Shown here one piece after another: positions 1 to 12,800 of a stretch of DNA of 64,000 nucleotides (the stretch's first letter is position 1; each line of letters opens with the position of its first letter). The DNA comes from Antedon mediterranea (Eukaryota > Animalia > Echinodermata), in the NCBI RefSeq assembly GCF_964355755.1, contig NC_092670.1, forward strand, positions 29,500,388 to 29,564,387, written 5' to 3'. A program made the translations under genes and the position numbers. Below the pieces are notes generated by a model. That model ran no database searches, was not told the origin of the DNA, and saw only the letters and a program-made list of their open reading frames with translations.

Positions 1-188
1 GATAATTCAGAAAAACCTACATTTTTACTGGCATTGCAAAAAGAGAGAAGACATAAAAATAAGTTTTCAAACAGACATCATCGTACTATATGCCCTAATG
101 ACGACGTTAACCCGAATGTCAAATACAAAAAAAATTACGAGTTGTTATTGATTATGTTGTTATTGATTAGCTCCACTTATGATTGGCA
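1..188 (-). other. Candidate 3'UTR exon of the precursor gene (runs off the window)
   Basis: The donor just after the stop codon requires a downstream exon. An acceptor-like aacttggaatttcAG|TGCC is present at ~189. Confidence 0.3.
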
Positions 189-766
189 CTGAAATTCCAA
201 GTTAAATAGAGTTTTCATTGCATTAGTTAGTTTTATTATGTAATAATACCAAGGAGGTATACGTAATCGATCGTGTGTCTGACTATGTATTGTATAGTAG
301 TTGCTTTGTTTGTATGTAGGCCTATGTTTGTCTGTTAGCACGATAGCGCCTACAATTTTCAAGTTATTATTATTTTTCGGTATAGGTAGGATATACTTTG
401 AGACCATGCCTATTGAAATTCAAGAAAATTGGTTGATTAATAACTTCACAAATAACAAAACTTATATTATTTTCAGACCGACTAGTGTTAAAAGATAGGA
501 CACGATTTTGAGGTACAGGTTTTTTTTTATACGAGTAGTTTTAAAAAACATATTTCTTTTCAAATTCACCCGCTTGTATTTCGCATTGTTGTTCTATTGT
601 TAATTAAATAAAACTACTACTAGTTTTTTTAAGTACCAGCAATTTTTGACATTTACCAAACTATTAGTTGACTGCTGTTAAGCTTACTCCATGAGTTAAG
701 GCAGTGACGCCGCAATTCGGCACAGCTTCTTGATTTCAGAAAGGACATTGTTGCAATCCCGAAATA

Positions 767-2370
767 GATACAAGATACAAGATAACTTTATTGTCAAAAT
801 TGTTAAAAATTTCGAGATATGTTTTGTACCTGAGTAGAATAAATAATACGATGTGATAACTATATAAATAAATACAAATGATACAAGTGACTATCTTGAA
901 AAGTTTTTGTTAAATAAATTGCATGCTATGTACATTGGTGAAAATCTGAAACGGTTTGTGGATATTTTTTCCTGTGTCAGTCTAACACTTCCTGATCTAC
1001 TTATAATGATGTCTGAATGTAATGGGTGTGATGGGTCTTGCATAATTGTGTCAAATTTCTTAAGTATGAATGTATTAAACATTTCATCTAAAGATTTCAC
1101 TTCTACACCGATAACTCTGCTGGCCTTGTTTACTAATCTCTGAATTTGACTTTTACTATTTACATTGATATGAGACAACCAAACAATAAGAAATGATTGA
1201 TTGAACAACAGAGGAATAAAACATATGAATGAGATGAGAACTAACATTAAACCGTTTCATTTTGTATATAAAGTACATTCTCTTATTAGCCTTGGTACGG
1301 AGTTCTTTAGTGTTGCTCTCCCAATTTAGTTTATTATCAATTATTAATCCCAAGTACTTATGACTTTCTACTATTTCAACAATTTCATTATCGATTTCAA
1401 TATTCACATGATTAGTTTTATTTTTCCTCTAATAACCTCTTTAGTTTTTTTGGCATTTAGTTCAAGAAAATTTTGTTTACACCAGACTACAAAATGTTCA
1501 ACATATTCATTAAACAGGGATGTATTATTATTTGAAATTAAACCAACTAGGCAAGTATCATCTGCAAACTTAACATTAAATGATTTACTTGGGTCAATAT
1601 CAATATTAAAATCAGAATATAATGAAAAAAGTAAGGGTGAGAGAACGCATCCCTGTGGTGCACCTGTATTACAAGTTAACTGCTTAGATACGCTACCCCT
1701 AAACTTAACAATCTGTGTTCTTTCATTTAAGAAATCAGAAATCCAGAGATTTAATCGTGGATTTATTCCTAACTTTAATAATTTATCTGTAAGTAAATGA
1801 GGCTGAATTGTATTGAATGCTGCAGAAAAATCTAAAAATAATATTCTAGCATAGTTATTTGGATATTCAAGATGACCATACACCTTTTGCGTGAGCGTCA
1901 TAACTGCGTCAACTACGCCCCTTTTTTCCCTATAAGCAAATTGGTTGCTATCAATCATACCCTTTGTTTCATTATTTAATATATTTTAAATAATTTTCTC
2001 AAAGCATTTCATGGGGATGGCTGTTAATGCCACTGGCCTATAGTCATTGCAAACAGTACATTTATCATTTTTTGGAATCGGTGTGATAATAGCAGACTTC
2101 CAAAGTGTTGGTACATGACATACATCAACCGACCACTCAAATAGGTAATGAAAAATATACTTTAATTGAAAATAACAGGTCTTCAGAACTTTCCCTCAGA
2201 TTTGATCTGGCCCTGTGGCTTTCTTTGACTTGACCTTTTTTAGGGTTTGTTCCATATCAGTTATATTAATTAGGATATTGTTATTTCCTTCTTCTCTGAT
2301 TGAGCCCATAATATTTTCATTTTGCTTTTCCCGTAAATCCGAAAAGTCACTTTTTTTTAAACCTGACAAA
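767..2370 (-). mobile_element. 5'-truncated, degenerate non-LTR retrotransposon (L2/CR1 group, Rex-Babar/Crack-like ORF2)
   Basis: ORF fragments carry RT motifs QFAYR, FLDFSAAFNTI, GAPQGCVLSPLLF, KFADD and KYLG, plus the C-terminal DPSHPLH motif. Frameshifts are present. The 3' tail is (TTGTATC)n at ~767-785. Confidence 0.9.
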
Positions 2371-2877
2371 TATGTTTGTATTAAAAGTTATTTAAACAAA
2401 TTATAAATCCAGTAGGATTTGAACCATGTAGGTAAAGCTAATACCTAAAGCCAAAAATGTATCTGTCAACATGCTCATAATCAGTGGATATATTTTGCCA
2501 AGTACTTCAGTCAGTTTCTGAGTGCTTTCATTTGTCTGTTTGGTTGTTAGCAGAATTAATCAAACAAATATTACAAGATCTTTACCAAAATGAAAATACA
2601 GATAGTTATGTGGTCAAGTTATGGAGTTTCGGACCACGGTCCCAATTCTGGACCACTTTTTAGTATTATTTTCAGACAGATAGGACAATTTTTAAAAGGT
2701 GACGAGGTGTCTTAAAGTAACAATTAAACTGAAATTGTATTTTCTCGAGAACTACTTTTAAAACTTCACTTTTGAACAAGAGGCAAGAGTTATAATTTGT
2801 GATTTGTAATTTTAAAACATAAATTTAATGTACAGGTTTTTTGATACGAGTAGTTTTTAAAAAACCTATTTCTTTTC

Positions 2878-3880
2878 TTACCAGCCATGTTAAGCAAGGA
2901 GATGCCTCTATAAGTATTGCAATCGTGACGGCTGCCCTTATTTTTGTAGAGTGTAATGATGTTGGAGTGCTTTAGGTCCTGCGAAATACACCTTGAATGC
3001 CAACACGTTTTAAATACTTCAATAAGCTCAGTTGTCAGGACATTCCCACCTATTTTAAACACCTCTGGTGGAATGCCGTCAGGCCCAGGAGATTTGATGT
3101 TCTTCAATCCATAAATGGCTAGTTCTACCTCATCTTTGGTGATATTTCTGTCAAGGTCATGTATGGTTGTTAGCTGCTGATTTTCCTGCTCTGGGGTTTA
3201 TGCCTGTGTCTGTAACGTAAATAGAGCAAAAGTGATCCATCCATCTTTTAACTTGAACTGCAGGTTCGGTGAGCATAAAACCATCACTTGAAAGAAGTGG
3301 TGCGCTTTTCTTTGGAATAAGACCAGTTGTATCCGAGCACATTTTGATTCATTCACGGAGATTAGTCCAGTAGCGATGTAAAGCATTTTTTGTAAGGCGC
3401 TGAAGAACCATGCTCTTTGCTGACTTGTAATCAGCTTTTGCAGAACGAGTGTTTTCGTTAGAATCTTATCTCTTGCTGGTAGTAATGTTTCAGCATTTTC
3501 AATTAACCGATCTGGCTGCCTATTTTTGTAGAAGCAACATCAATTGTAGGAACATGCTTTGGTTTGGCAGTGTGATATATCTTTCTTAAGCTATGGCAAT
3601 GGATTATGTCACATAGCTGACGACGTCTCACAATAATGACAATGGATGCCAGCGACGAGAACGAGGATGCATCCAGGTTGTTTTGGTACAAACAGGACCT
3701 TTAAAGTAGGTGTTGGCAACGCAAAGGCTGCGGTCTGCACAAAGTTCAAGAAGACGTTGCCCGTTCTCATTCATTCTACCAACCCCATGATATCCAATCA
3801 CATTGCACCCAGAGTTATAATCAGAGCCAATTCTAGCGTTGAGTGCTAAGTTGTCAACAGATAGAGTTTTAAGAATGGTT
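2878..3880 (-). mobile_element. RTE-clade LINE fragment (endonuclease end to RT start), degenerate
   Basis: Endonuclease motifs NARIG, NENGQRLLELC and TTWMHPRSRRWH; RT-start motifs KSPGPDGIPPEVFK and LYKNKG..DCNTYRGISLL. Confidence 0.88.
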
Positions 3881-4332
3881 TCAGTTTGATAGAAACAGAT
3901 AGACTCTGTTCTCCCAGACATGCTTTGGGGTTTGCGCATGCCAAGTCCGAGTTTACAAATTACCATTTTTACAGCCTCAGTAAACTAAGCTTCCGCGTCA
4001 TACAGTTTACTAATGCTTCCGTCCTTTTGAATAAAACTGTAAGGTACACGTTCCAAAACTCTACAGCTCACATGTCGGTCGGTTGGTCGGTCGGTCAGTG
4101 GGTTGGTCGGTCGGTCGGTCGGTAAACACTAACTCAAATTTGAGCACGCCACTGCAGCCATATGTATATTGCCTTGTTCATTGGGTGGATGGTGTATATG
4201 TGGTAGCAGACCATCATTGTTATGGTTAGTATGAATGCGCGCATTTAAGTAATTGTTGTTTTATGGTCATCGTAGACGTGAGAATATTACTTACTATTGT
4301 ACACATTATGATGATCAGAATACTTACGATCA

Positions 4333-4464
4333 TTAACAACTTATTTGCATTTTCCTACACCATTGGGACATTCTAATTTTCTGTAAGGTATTATCATGAG
4401 AACCCGACGTTCGTTTGGCAACTCCCTGGCCATCATCAAGGTAATCCTTTGTTCTTGAGGTTTC
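4333..4464 (-). CDS. Coding exon 2 of the same precursor: ETSRTKDYLDDGQGVAKR-TSGSHDNTLQKIRMSQWCRKMQISC*
   Basis: Acceptor tctttttatttgaatAG|GAA at 4465/4464. The phase-0 frame (not the one in the ORF track) is open for 43 aa and has a dibasic KR site and two terminal Cys. Stop TAA at 4333-4335 is followed 5 nt later by a donor C|GTAAGT (4328/4327). Confidence 0.72.
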   Translation of the reverse strand, partial: ETSRTKDYLDDGQGVAKRTSGSHDNTLQKIRMSQWCRKMQISC

Positions 4465-5448
4465 CTATTCAAATAAAAAGATAAATAGTTTATACAAAAA
4501 TATATCGTACGTTTGTTAGACCTTTCTGTGGATTCATTTTGCACACGCTAATTTTGCTAAAAAAATACTATGCGCAGATTGAAAACCTGCCACCTATTTA
4601 TACATTATGGCCTTTTGGTTCAGAATTTCTATAATTTCGTCATAGTAATATTTATTATTAGCATACTTCATTTTCTAACTAGACCTAATAATAAATATCT
4701 ATAATATAAAGAATCAAATAAAAAAAAAATAGGCCTAATGTATAAGAAAAGTTCCATCTTGAATCAAATTTTAAATGCTATAGTTTAAGCGACTCTCTGA
4801 TTATTTGTTATTAGGCCAAAAAAAAAAAAAATAGTTTGTTTGCTGTCATCCGCCGCCCCTAATTTCGCCAAAAATTTGGGGCGGAAATAAGAAAAAGTTT
4901 TTTTTACGTTGAGGGCGCTTTTTTAAAAAAAGTTTTTTTTATGATTTTTTTTAAAATCGAGTGTGCGAGGAAACAATAAAAATAATAACGTCGCGTATAT
5001 TTCGGTGTATAATCGCACTTTTGACACGCAAATTTAACCTCTAAATTAAGGGTGCGTCTTATACACCGAACATAAATGCCTCAACACACAGATATCGCCA
5101 CCTCGTTGGCTAGGCCTGGGCTTTTTAAGGTAAGGCCTAGGCCTAGGCCTATTAGTATTACTAAAGTCTAAAGAGTAGGCCTAGCCTAGCTACAGTGTAC
5201 TAGCGTAACAGCAACCTGCTAGTTTTCAAGGCATTTTAGCGTGATTTTGTACTAAATATGATGAAAAGATTTGTTCATTATGGAGCTGTTTTAGGCGCTC
5301 CGATACAATTTCATTTGAAAACGTTTACGATTGGAATAGTATTATAGTTATACGCACGACCGTCCTACCCCCAGCGCGAGCGAGCCCTTCTTGGCAACCA
5401 CATTGTGTACACAGCTGTATTCGACTAGTATATTCTCCAGTTCGTATC

Positions 5449-7134
5449 CGGTTATTCACCCCCTGGACATTTACCCCCCGGACAACTACCCCCCGGACAA
5501 CCACCACCTGGACCACTACCCCCTTAGGACAACTACCCCTTTAGGACAACTACCCCCCGGACAAATACCCCCCGGACAACTACCCCCTTAGGACAACAAC
5601 CCCCTTAGGACAACTACCCCCTGGACAACTACCCCCGGACAATTACCCCTAGGAACAATTACCCCCCGGACAATTACCACCCGGACAATTACCCCCCGGA
5701 CAATTACCACCCAGAAAACTATCCCTTTAGAACACCCTAACCACCCAGACCATTCAACAACCTGACTCTGCAACAGTGTATAATAGGAATTAATAACTAT
5801 ATTTTAATTCGTTACTTTGACGAATTACTATTCATTATTGTAAACAAAAGTAAAAGATTGAACATAAATATAGCCTGGTATAAACTGAAGATTGTCACAC
5901 ATGATCATAGGATAGTCGAACGTATTATATAGTACTCCCTGTATTTACTGTAAAGACTGGGTTCGCTAATAATAATAATAATTTTTGCGTCAGGACAATG
6001 CTTCGATAACCACTGGTCTTAAAAGAATTAATTTTTGTCTCAAATTCGTCATTTTTGTACACTTGAAGAATAATATCACTTTTGATATTTGACCTCAATG
6101 TTCACTCACCGAATAAACGTCAATCTTTAAATAAATTCCCCTCAAATAAACGGTGACCATGTCACTCCCATGAAACATCATATGGAATAATCGGCGTCTA
6201 TTTCCATTAGATTATACCCCCTCCCATTGAATAAACTACTTTCTTCCAATAAATGTCCACCTAAAAACCACCTAAACAATAAACAGCCCAGGCCGTTTTT
6301 TCAATAAATACGGTACTTTAAATCTAGCACATCTAGGGTCTAGCGTGCTGTTAAACAGAATAATCGGTTAAAAACGGGTGTTTCGAAACTAGAGACCCGA
6401 GACCAGAGACCAGAGACCCGAGACCCAATACGAAAAGGGAGACCTAAATATACGAAAAGGGAGACCCACGTACGAAAAGGGAGACCCCACTATACGAAAA
6501 GGGAGATCCCACTATACGAAAAGGGAGACCCTAATATACGAAAAGGGAGACCTAAATATACGAAAAGGGAGACCCAATTATACGAAAGGGAGACCCAAAT
6601 ATACAAAATGGGAGACCCAAATATACGAAAAGGGAGACCCACTATAAGAAAAGGGAGACCCACTATAAGAAAAGAGAGACCCCACTATACGAAAAGAGAG
6701 ACCACACTATACGAAAAGGGAGACCCTAATATACGAAAAGGGAGACCCAAATATAGGTCTCCCTTTTCGTATTGGGTCTCGTGTCAGGTCTCTGGTCTCG
6801 GGTCTCTAGTTTCGAAACACCCGTTAAAAACAGATGATTTCATTTTTACAGAAACCGGTCCTATATATTTGTCTACTTTTGGATGGGGGGGGGGGGGGGG
6901 TAGTTGACCGGGGGGTAGTTGACCGGGGGGTAGTTACCCGGGGGGTAGTTATCCTAAGGGGGTAGTTGTCCGGGTGGTAAACATCCGGGGGGTAGTTGTC
7001 CGGGGGGTTGTTATCCTAAGGGGGTAGTTGTCCTAAGGGGGTAGTTGTCCGGGGGGTAGTTGTCCTAAGGGGGTAGTTGTCCGGGTGGTAAACATCCGGG
7101 GGGTAACTGTCTAGGGGGTAGGTGTCCTAGAACC
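5449..7134. mobile_element. Foldback-type element with G/C-rich 15-17-bp subterminal repeats (third layer)
   Basis: (GGACAACTACCCCCC)n at 5460-5740 mirrored by (GGGGGGTAGTTGTCC)n at 6890-7134. Confidence 0.75.
6376..6822. mobile_element. Mutator/foldback-like MITE with a 9-bp TSD (innermost layer)
   Basis: TSD GTTAAAAAC at 6367-6375 and 6823-6831. TIR GGGTGTTTCGAAACTAGAGACCCGAGACC. Internal ~21-22-bp repeats ATACGAAAAGGGAGACCC. Confidence 0.85.
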
Positions 7135-8280
7135 GAAAACGTGCGCCTCTCGATAAAAGGATCGAGCGAGGCTAGCCCACACACACGTGCGGTCATGCAC
7201 TCGATGTTGCGGGTGCGAAACTCATTCATAACAAGTTAGAAAGAACTGACGGAATGGGGGACTTCCCTTCTTGTTGAGGCTGGGCGCGGCCGTCTTATAC
7301 ATCGACGATATACAAAATACCGATATTTTACTCTCAGTTAGGGGTCGGGTGCGTCTTATTATACACAGGTGCGACTTATACACCGAAATATACGGTACAC
7401 TAACTTCTAAAAATTAAAATATTTAATTAGGCCTGCTAACAACGACCTACTGTGTAGTAGGCCTAGCCTAGACATAAAAAAAAAAAAAAAAAAAAAACTT
7501 GACAGCAAACAAACAATTTTTTTTTTTAGGCCTTATTAAAGATGGCGCCTAAAAAGATTCAACATGATTTGACCCAACAAACGTCTAGTGCGCTGTATAT
7601 TACAGTTTTCGGCTTGTAGTCAAGAAAGAAGAGTTAAATGGCAGACTAATTGAATATGCAGGATCTATATAGGTATGTTATAATAACTGTTTTGTATTAA
7701 TTAAATGTTTTCATTTGAAAGCCTGATTCATTATTAGCGGGTAATACATAGAGACTAATGTGGAATATGTTATCTACTTTCTACGTAACTCGAAATAAAT
7801 TCCTTTCAGTTCGATAATTTTAAAATTAAACATTCCTAATAAAATTGCTTTATAGCGTTTAAGTAACATTTTAAAATGACAACATAATCTTTAAAAACAT
7901 TACTATTATTTAAATGGCACATACTTGCATGAAATTTACTATTCATAAAAACTAGAAAAAACTTTATTCATAATATTAGGATATAAAAATATCACATTCC
8001 ATATACAAGTATTATTTTTCAGAAATTGGAAATTATCAATGCATATAAAATAAATTTACAAGATTTAAATCGAAAGATTAATAGCAATTTAGATCAAAAT
8101 TTCGACAGAATGACATAATGTTTATTACAATAAATATTAATGTAATCATTTTAAAACACATGGGATAGATTAGAGTATTAAAGGTGGTAATTACTAAATG
8201 AGTATTAGAAGAATAATTAAATTTTCGAAAAAAGTTGAGATTTCAAATGACGGAAATAAAGAAAATATAAGTTCAGAAAA

Positions 8281-9890
8281 GCAGCATGATGGTAGATTAA
8301 AGTATAACCCTCCTACTAGCAGGCTTCTAAGCGCAGCATGATGGTAGATTAAAGTATAACCCTCCTACTAGCAGGCTTCTAAGCGCAGCATCATGGTAGG
8401 TTAAAGTATAACCCTCCTACTAGCAGGCTTCTAAGCGCTCAATTATGGTAGATTAAAGTATAACCCTCCTACTAGCAGGCTTCTAAGCGCAGCATGATGG
8501 TAGATTAAAGTATAACCCTCCTACTAGCAGGCTTCTAAGCGCAGCATCATGGTAGGTTAAAGTATAACCCTCCTACTAGCAGGCTTCTAAGCGCAGCATG
8601 ATGGTAGATTAAAGTATAACCCTCCTACTAGCAGGCTTCTAAGCGCAGCATCATGGTAGGTTAAAGTATAACCCTCCTACTAGCAGGCTTCTAAGCGCAG
8701 CATGATGGTAGATTAAAGTATAACCCTCCTACTAGCAGGCTTCTAAGCGCAGCATCATGGTAGGTTAAAGTATAACCCTCCTACTAGCAGGCTTCTAAGC
8801 GCAGCATCATGGTAGGTTAAAGTATAACCCTCCTACTAGCAGGCTTCTAAGCGCAGCATGATGGTAGGTTAAAGTATAACCCTCCTACTAGCAGGCTTCT
8901 AAGCGCAGCATCATGGTAGGTTAAAGTATAACCCTCCTACTAGCAGGCTTCTAAGCGCAGCATGATGGTAGATTAAAGTATAACCCTCCTACTAGCAGGC
9001 TTCTAAGCGCAGCATCATGGTAGGTTAAAGTATAACCCTCCTACTAGCAGGCTTCTAAGCGCAGCATCATGGTAGGTTAAAGTATAACCCTCCTACTAGC
9101 AGGCTTCTAAGCGCAGCATGATGGTATGTTAAAGTATAACCCTCCTACTAGCAGGCTTCTAAGCGCAGCATGATGGTAGATTAAAGTATAACCCTCCTAC
9201 TAGCAGGCTTCTAAGCGCAGCATCATGGTAGGTTAAAGTATAACCCTCCTACTAGCAGGCTTCTAAGCGCAGCATGATGGTAGATTAAAGTATAACCCTC
9301 CTATACTAGCAGGCTTCTAAGCGCAGCATCATGGTAGGTTAAAGTATAACCCTCCTACTAGCAGGCTTCTAAGCGCAGCATGATGGTAGGTTAAAGTATA
9401 ACCCTCCTACTAGCAGGCTTCTAAGCGCAGCAAGATGGTAGATTAAAGAATAACCCTCCTACTAGCAGGCTTCTAAGCGCAGCATCATGGTAGGTTAAAG
9501 TATAACCCTCCTACTAGCAGGCTTCTAAGCGCAGCATCATGGTAGGTTAAAGTATAACCCTCCTACTAGCAGGCTTCTAAGCGCAGCATGATGGTAGATT
9601 AAAGTATAACCCTCCTACTAGCAGGCTTCTAAGCGCAGCATCATGGTAGGTTAAAGTATAACCCTCCTACTAGCAGGCTTCTAAGCGCAGCATGATGGTA
9701 GATTAAAGTATAACCCTCCTACTAGCAGGCTTCTAAGCGCAGCATGATGGTAGATTAAAGTATAACCCTCCTACTAGCAGGCTTCTAAGCGCAGCATGAT
9801 GGTAGATTAAAGTATAACCCTCCTACTAGCAGGCTTCTAAGCGCAGCATCATGGTAGGTTAAAGTATAACCTAGCAGGCTTCTAAGCGCT
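8281..9890. repeat. 52-bp tandem repeat (minisatellite), ~31 copies
   Basis: Unit GCAGCATSATGGTAGRTTAAAGTATAACCCTCCTACTAGCAGGCTTCTAAGC, head-to-tail, with no unique spacers. Confidence 0.97.
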
Positions 9891-12800
9891 CAATTATGGA
9901 TTTCTATTTATAGATACATAGGTATTTCACAATTTTACCAGTAGTATTGATTATAAAATAAACATTGTCATCAAAGTATGAGATGTTACAGATCGATGTC
10001 TAGTATAGTGTGTCTATTTGGGCTTCACGTAGATGCAGTATTGCTGAAGGAAAGTTAAATTACTCAAGGGTCTTGAAACTATAGTAGGAATATTGGGGTC
10101 ATACTACAGTATAAATAACCGTGTTCTTGTTCGTATTAAACCAATACAAATATTGCCGGTGAACCATTTTCAAAAAGCAAGTCTCTTGTGCCATTACATC
10201 TTGTTGTAGATTTTACAAAATTTATCTCATAAGATACTATAATGAATTTTTCTGAATCAATTAATTATTCCATTATCCAGCTTCTTTGAATTGGCATCTT
10301 CCAACTATCAGGCCAAGTGTCGAACATATCTTCTACTAGATTTAAAATATCACCTACTTAGCAAGATTGTCTATAAACGTTGATCCGTAATTGCCCGTGA
10401 CAACAGTTTAGCGCCACAACAAGAATCTGCAGTCATCCACCCATTAATGTCAATTAGACAGAACCACAAAATCATGAGTACTGGAGGTTTTCTTCATAAA
10501 TTAAAGTCACGTTATGTTCGTCCGAAGAAACGGAACGTCGTACTTAACCTTTCTATAACATCTTAAGTGCACTTGGAACAGACGTTTCACATAGCTGCTG
10601 ATTCGTTTAGATATAGGCTCCTACGTATATGTGCTTTCGGTTACATCTGTCGCTTTTTTGTAGACAAACTGAACGTACTGTGTTTGTATTACAATTTTGG
10701 CTCTAAATTGTATCAAATTGGTCGGCATTTTGAGTTGAAATTACTTGATTTAAAAATGCATTTAAAATCAAATAGGTTGACCAATCTTACGATTATAAAA
10801 TTGACACATTACAAGTACATAGTTTAAAGGTAGAGAAAAACCCCAAATAGAAATGGTGAAAGATAATTAGGCCTATAATTATTAAAAAAAAAAAATAACA
10901 TTTGTTATTTATTTATAAGTTTTAATGAAATATACAGCAGAAGATTATATAAAAAGGAAACTATAATATTATTGTAACGGCTACACATTATGAAGTTATT
11001 GAAATGTAATAGTACACAGTACTAAGGTTGGTAATGCTGAAAATATCGCACAAATATATGGTTATTTACATTTTTAGTCGCCTAAAATTAATGTATGTCA
11101 AGTTTAAACTTCCCTTTTTTCGCGAGGGTGTGAATTTAAATTAATTTTTTCCATTCGTTATTTCTTGATATTATAATTATGTTATTCATTGTCGTTCTAT
11201 TTATTGCCGTGAGTAAGATTGTAATGAATCATAATACGGCTGATTTACATGTAATGTAATACATAAGCACCTGTTTATATTTTACCGTCTTAGTTTACTA
11301 TGACATCGAGTACGTTGTATAATAGCATGCATATCCTACGTGACGGGGATATTTCACTCCATCCTCCCTTGATTAAAATACACTATCGATCAAGACAATC
11401 AATCAAAGTTAAAGAACTTATGAGTTGCTTTTTGATATTGACACACCTGGCTGCAGTACAACTTACGGATCGAATACGGATGACCCGATTTCAAGTTACT
11501 ATTATAATACACTACAGCTGCGGTTGGTAAATAAACTATTATTATTCCACTTGGAGCGATGGACTAATGATACAAATGAAATGTGTGGATATGTGACCTG
11601 TAATTAGTACCAAAGAGAGTGGTTGGGTTTTATTGAATGATTTATGAGTTTGCAACAATCATTTCTTAATAAAAAATATAATTGTGTTATTTTATTGTAT
11701 TATTTATTTTATTTTTTGTAAAGAAAGGCAGGTGATAACAACGTAACATGGTAATGAAACCAAAGTTAAACATGACACTAGTAAACACGACCGATTATCA
11801 ACTTAGGGTATGAACAAACACTAATACATTATTTTAACACGTACTAATTACACATGAGTAGTGTGAATAGTGTCTTGTTCTTGTTCCATTTATCAAAACA
11901 CTAATTTAATTGTCTAACATGGTATCGAAATTATTCCAGCTTAGAGGTCAAAAGTATCTATGATATGATTTGTAATCCTGCATTGTCAAACGAATTACCT
12001 GTGTACTGTACCTACATTATGAAGTTCGTTGAACGTTACCTATAAAGTTACAATCAGTTATTGGCGTTATTGCTTTTGTCTGGAAAAGCTTAGGGCATTG
12101 TTGATACAAGACAAATCAGAAAAACTCCAAAATACGACAGAAAAAGTACAGCACATCCTAAAGAAAAACATTGATCGATGCTCTTGAACGTGCATGTTTA
12201 ATTAAAATGAAAATACAGTTCCCAACCTCTAATATTTCATAAAGCTAAAGTTGTAATAGAGTTCTTGTTCCCCTGTTAGGTAAAGATGTCTAAATAGGTC
12301 TAGGCCCTACACAGAATCTTTTTCGTATAGTATTACTGTGCCATAATAAGTATTCTTTATTAGGCCAATTGTTTCTATACACACTAATGTATATATTTTG
12401 TATTACAGTTGTTAAGTTGGGAAAGCCGCTTGATAGTTCATACTTCACATACAGGTGCTAATTATACGATATGTTTGTTTACCTGCAATTAAATAAATTG
12501 AAATTAATATTGATATTATAAGCATGCTATTCTGGAACCATAATAAACAAGAAATATTTCTTACAAAAAACGTTGCTCGCTTATTGAAAAATATTTTTTA
12601 TTTCAAATTTGTTTTTGAATGTGTCATTTTATTGTCACATAATAGTTATTTTACCTGGAAAATGTAATTTAAAGCAACAAATACTTACATTTTCTGTCAG
12701 ACAATTGTTTTTGGGTTTCTTTTCTCTTTTTATATGTGAATAAATATTATTCTTTTGTTACAGAAGTGAATACTCAATTTCTGTCACTTTAGTTAATTTT

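Larger units (their letters stand above)
4994..7395. mobile_element. Tc1/mariner-pogo-like MITE (second layer)
   Basis: TIRs CGTATATTTCGGTGTATAA.TCGCAC / GTGCGACTTATACACCGAAATATACGG|TA. Confidence 0.7.
4814..7532. mobile_element. Non-autonomous DNA transposon (GGCC termini, TTA TSD; Zator/PIF-like), outer layer of a nested stack
   Basis: TTA|GGCC(A)n..TTTGTTTGCTGTCA at the left; TGACAGCAAACAAA..(T)nAGGCC|TTA at the right. Confidence 0.75.

Noticed and set aside
4336-4410. Parathyroid-hormone-like resemblance of the mature peptide (HD..LQ..R..W.RK)
   Set aside because: Only a few scattered residues match with gaps, and the terminal Cys pair is not a PTH feature; too weak without a profile search.
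4341-4544. 67-aa ORF-track protein MQNESTERS...
   Set aside because: It has a non-ATG start and crosses a clear acceptor. A different frame after the acceptor gives the coherent precursor exon.
5325-6907. Repetitive Pro/Gly/Arg-rich ORFs
   Set aside because: They are translations of MITE subterminal repeats.
8281-9890. CRISPR-like regular array
   Set aside because: Units are contiguous with no unique spacers, there are no cas genes, and the context is eukaryotic.
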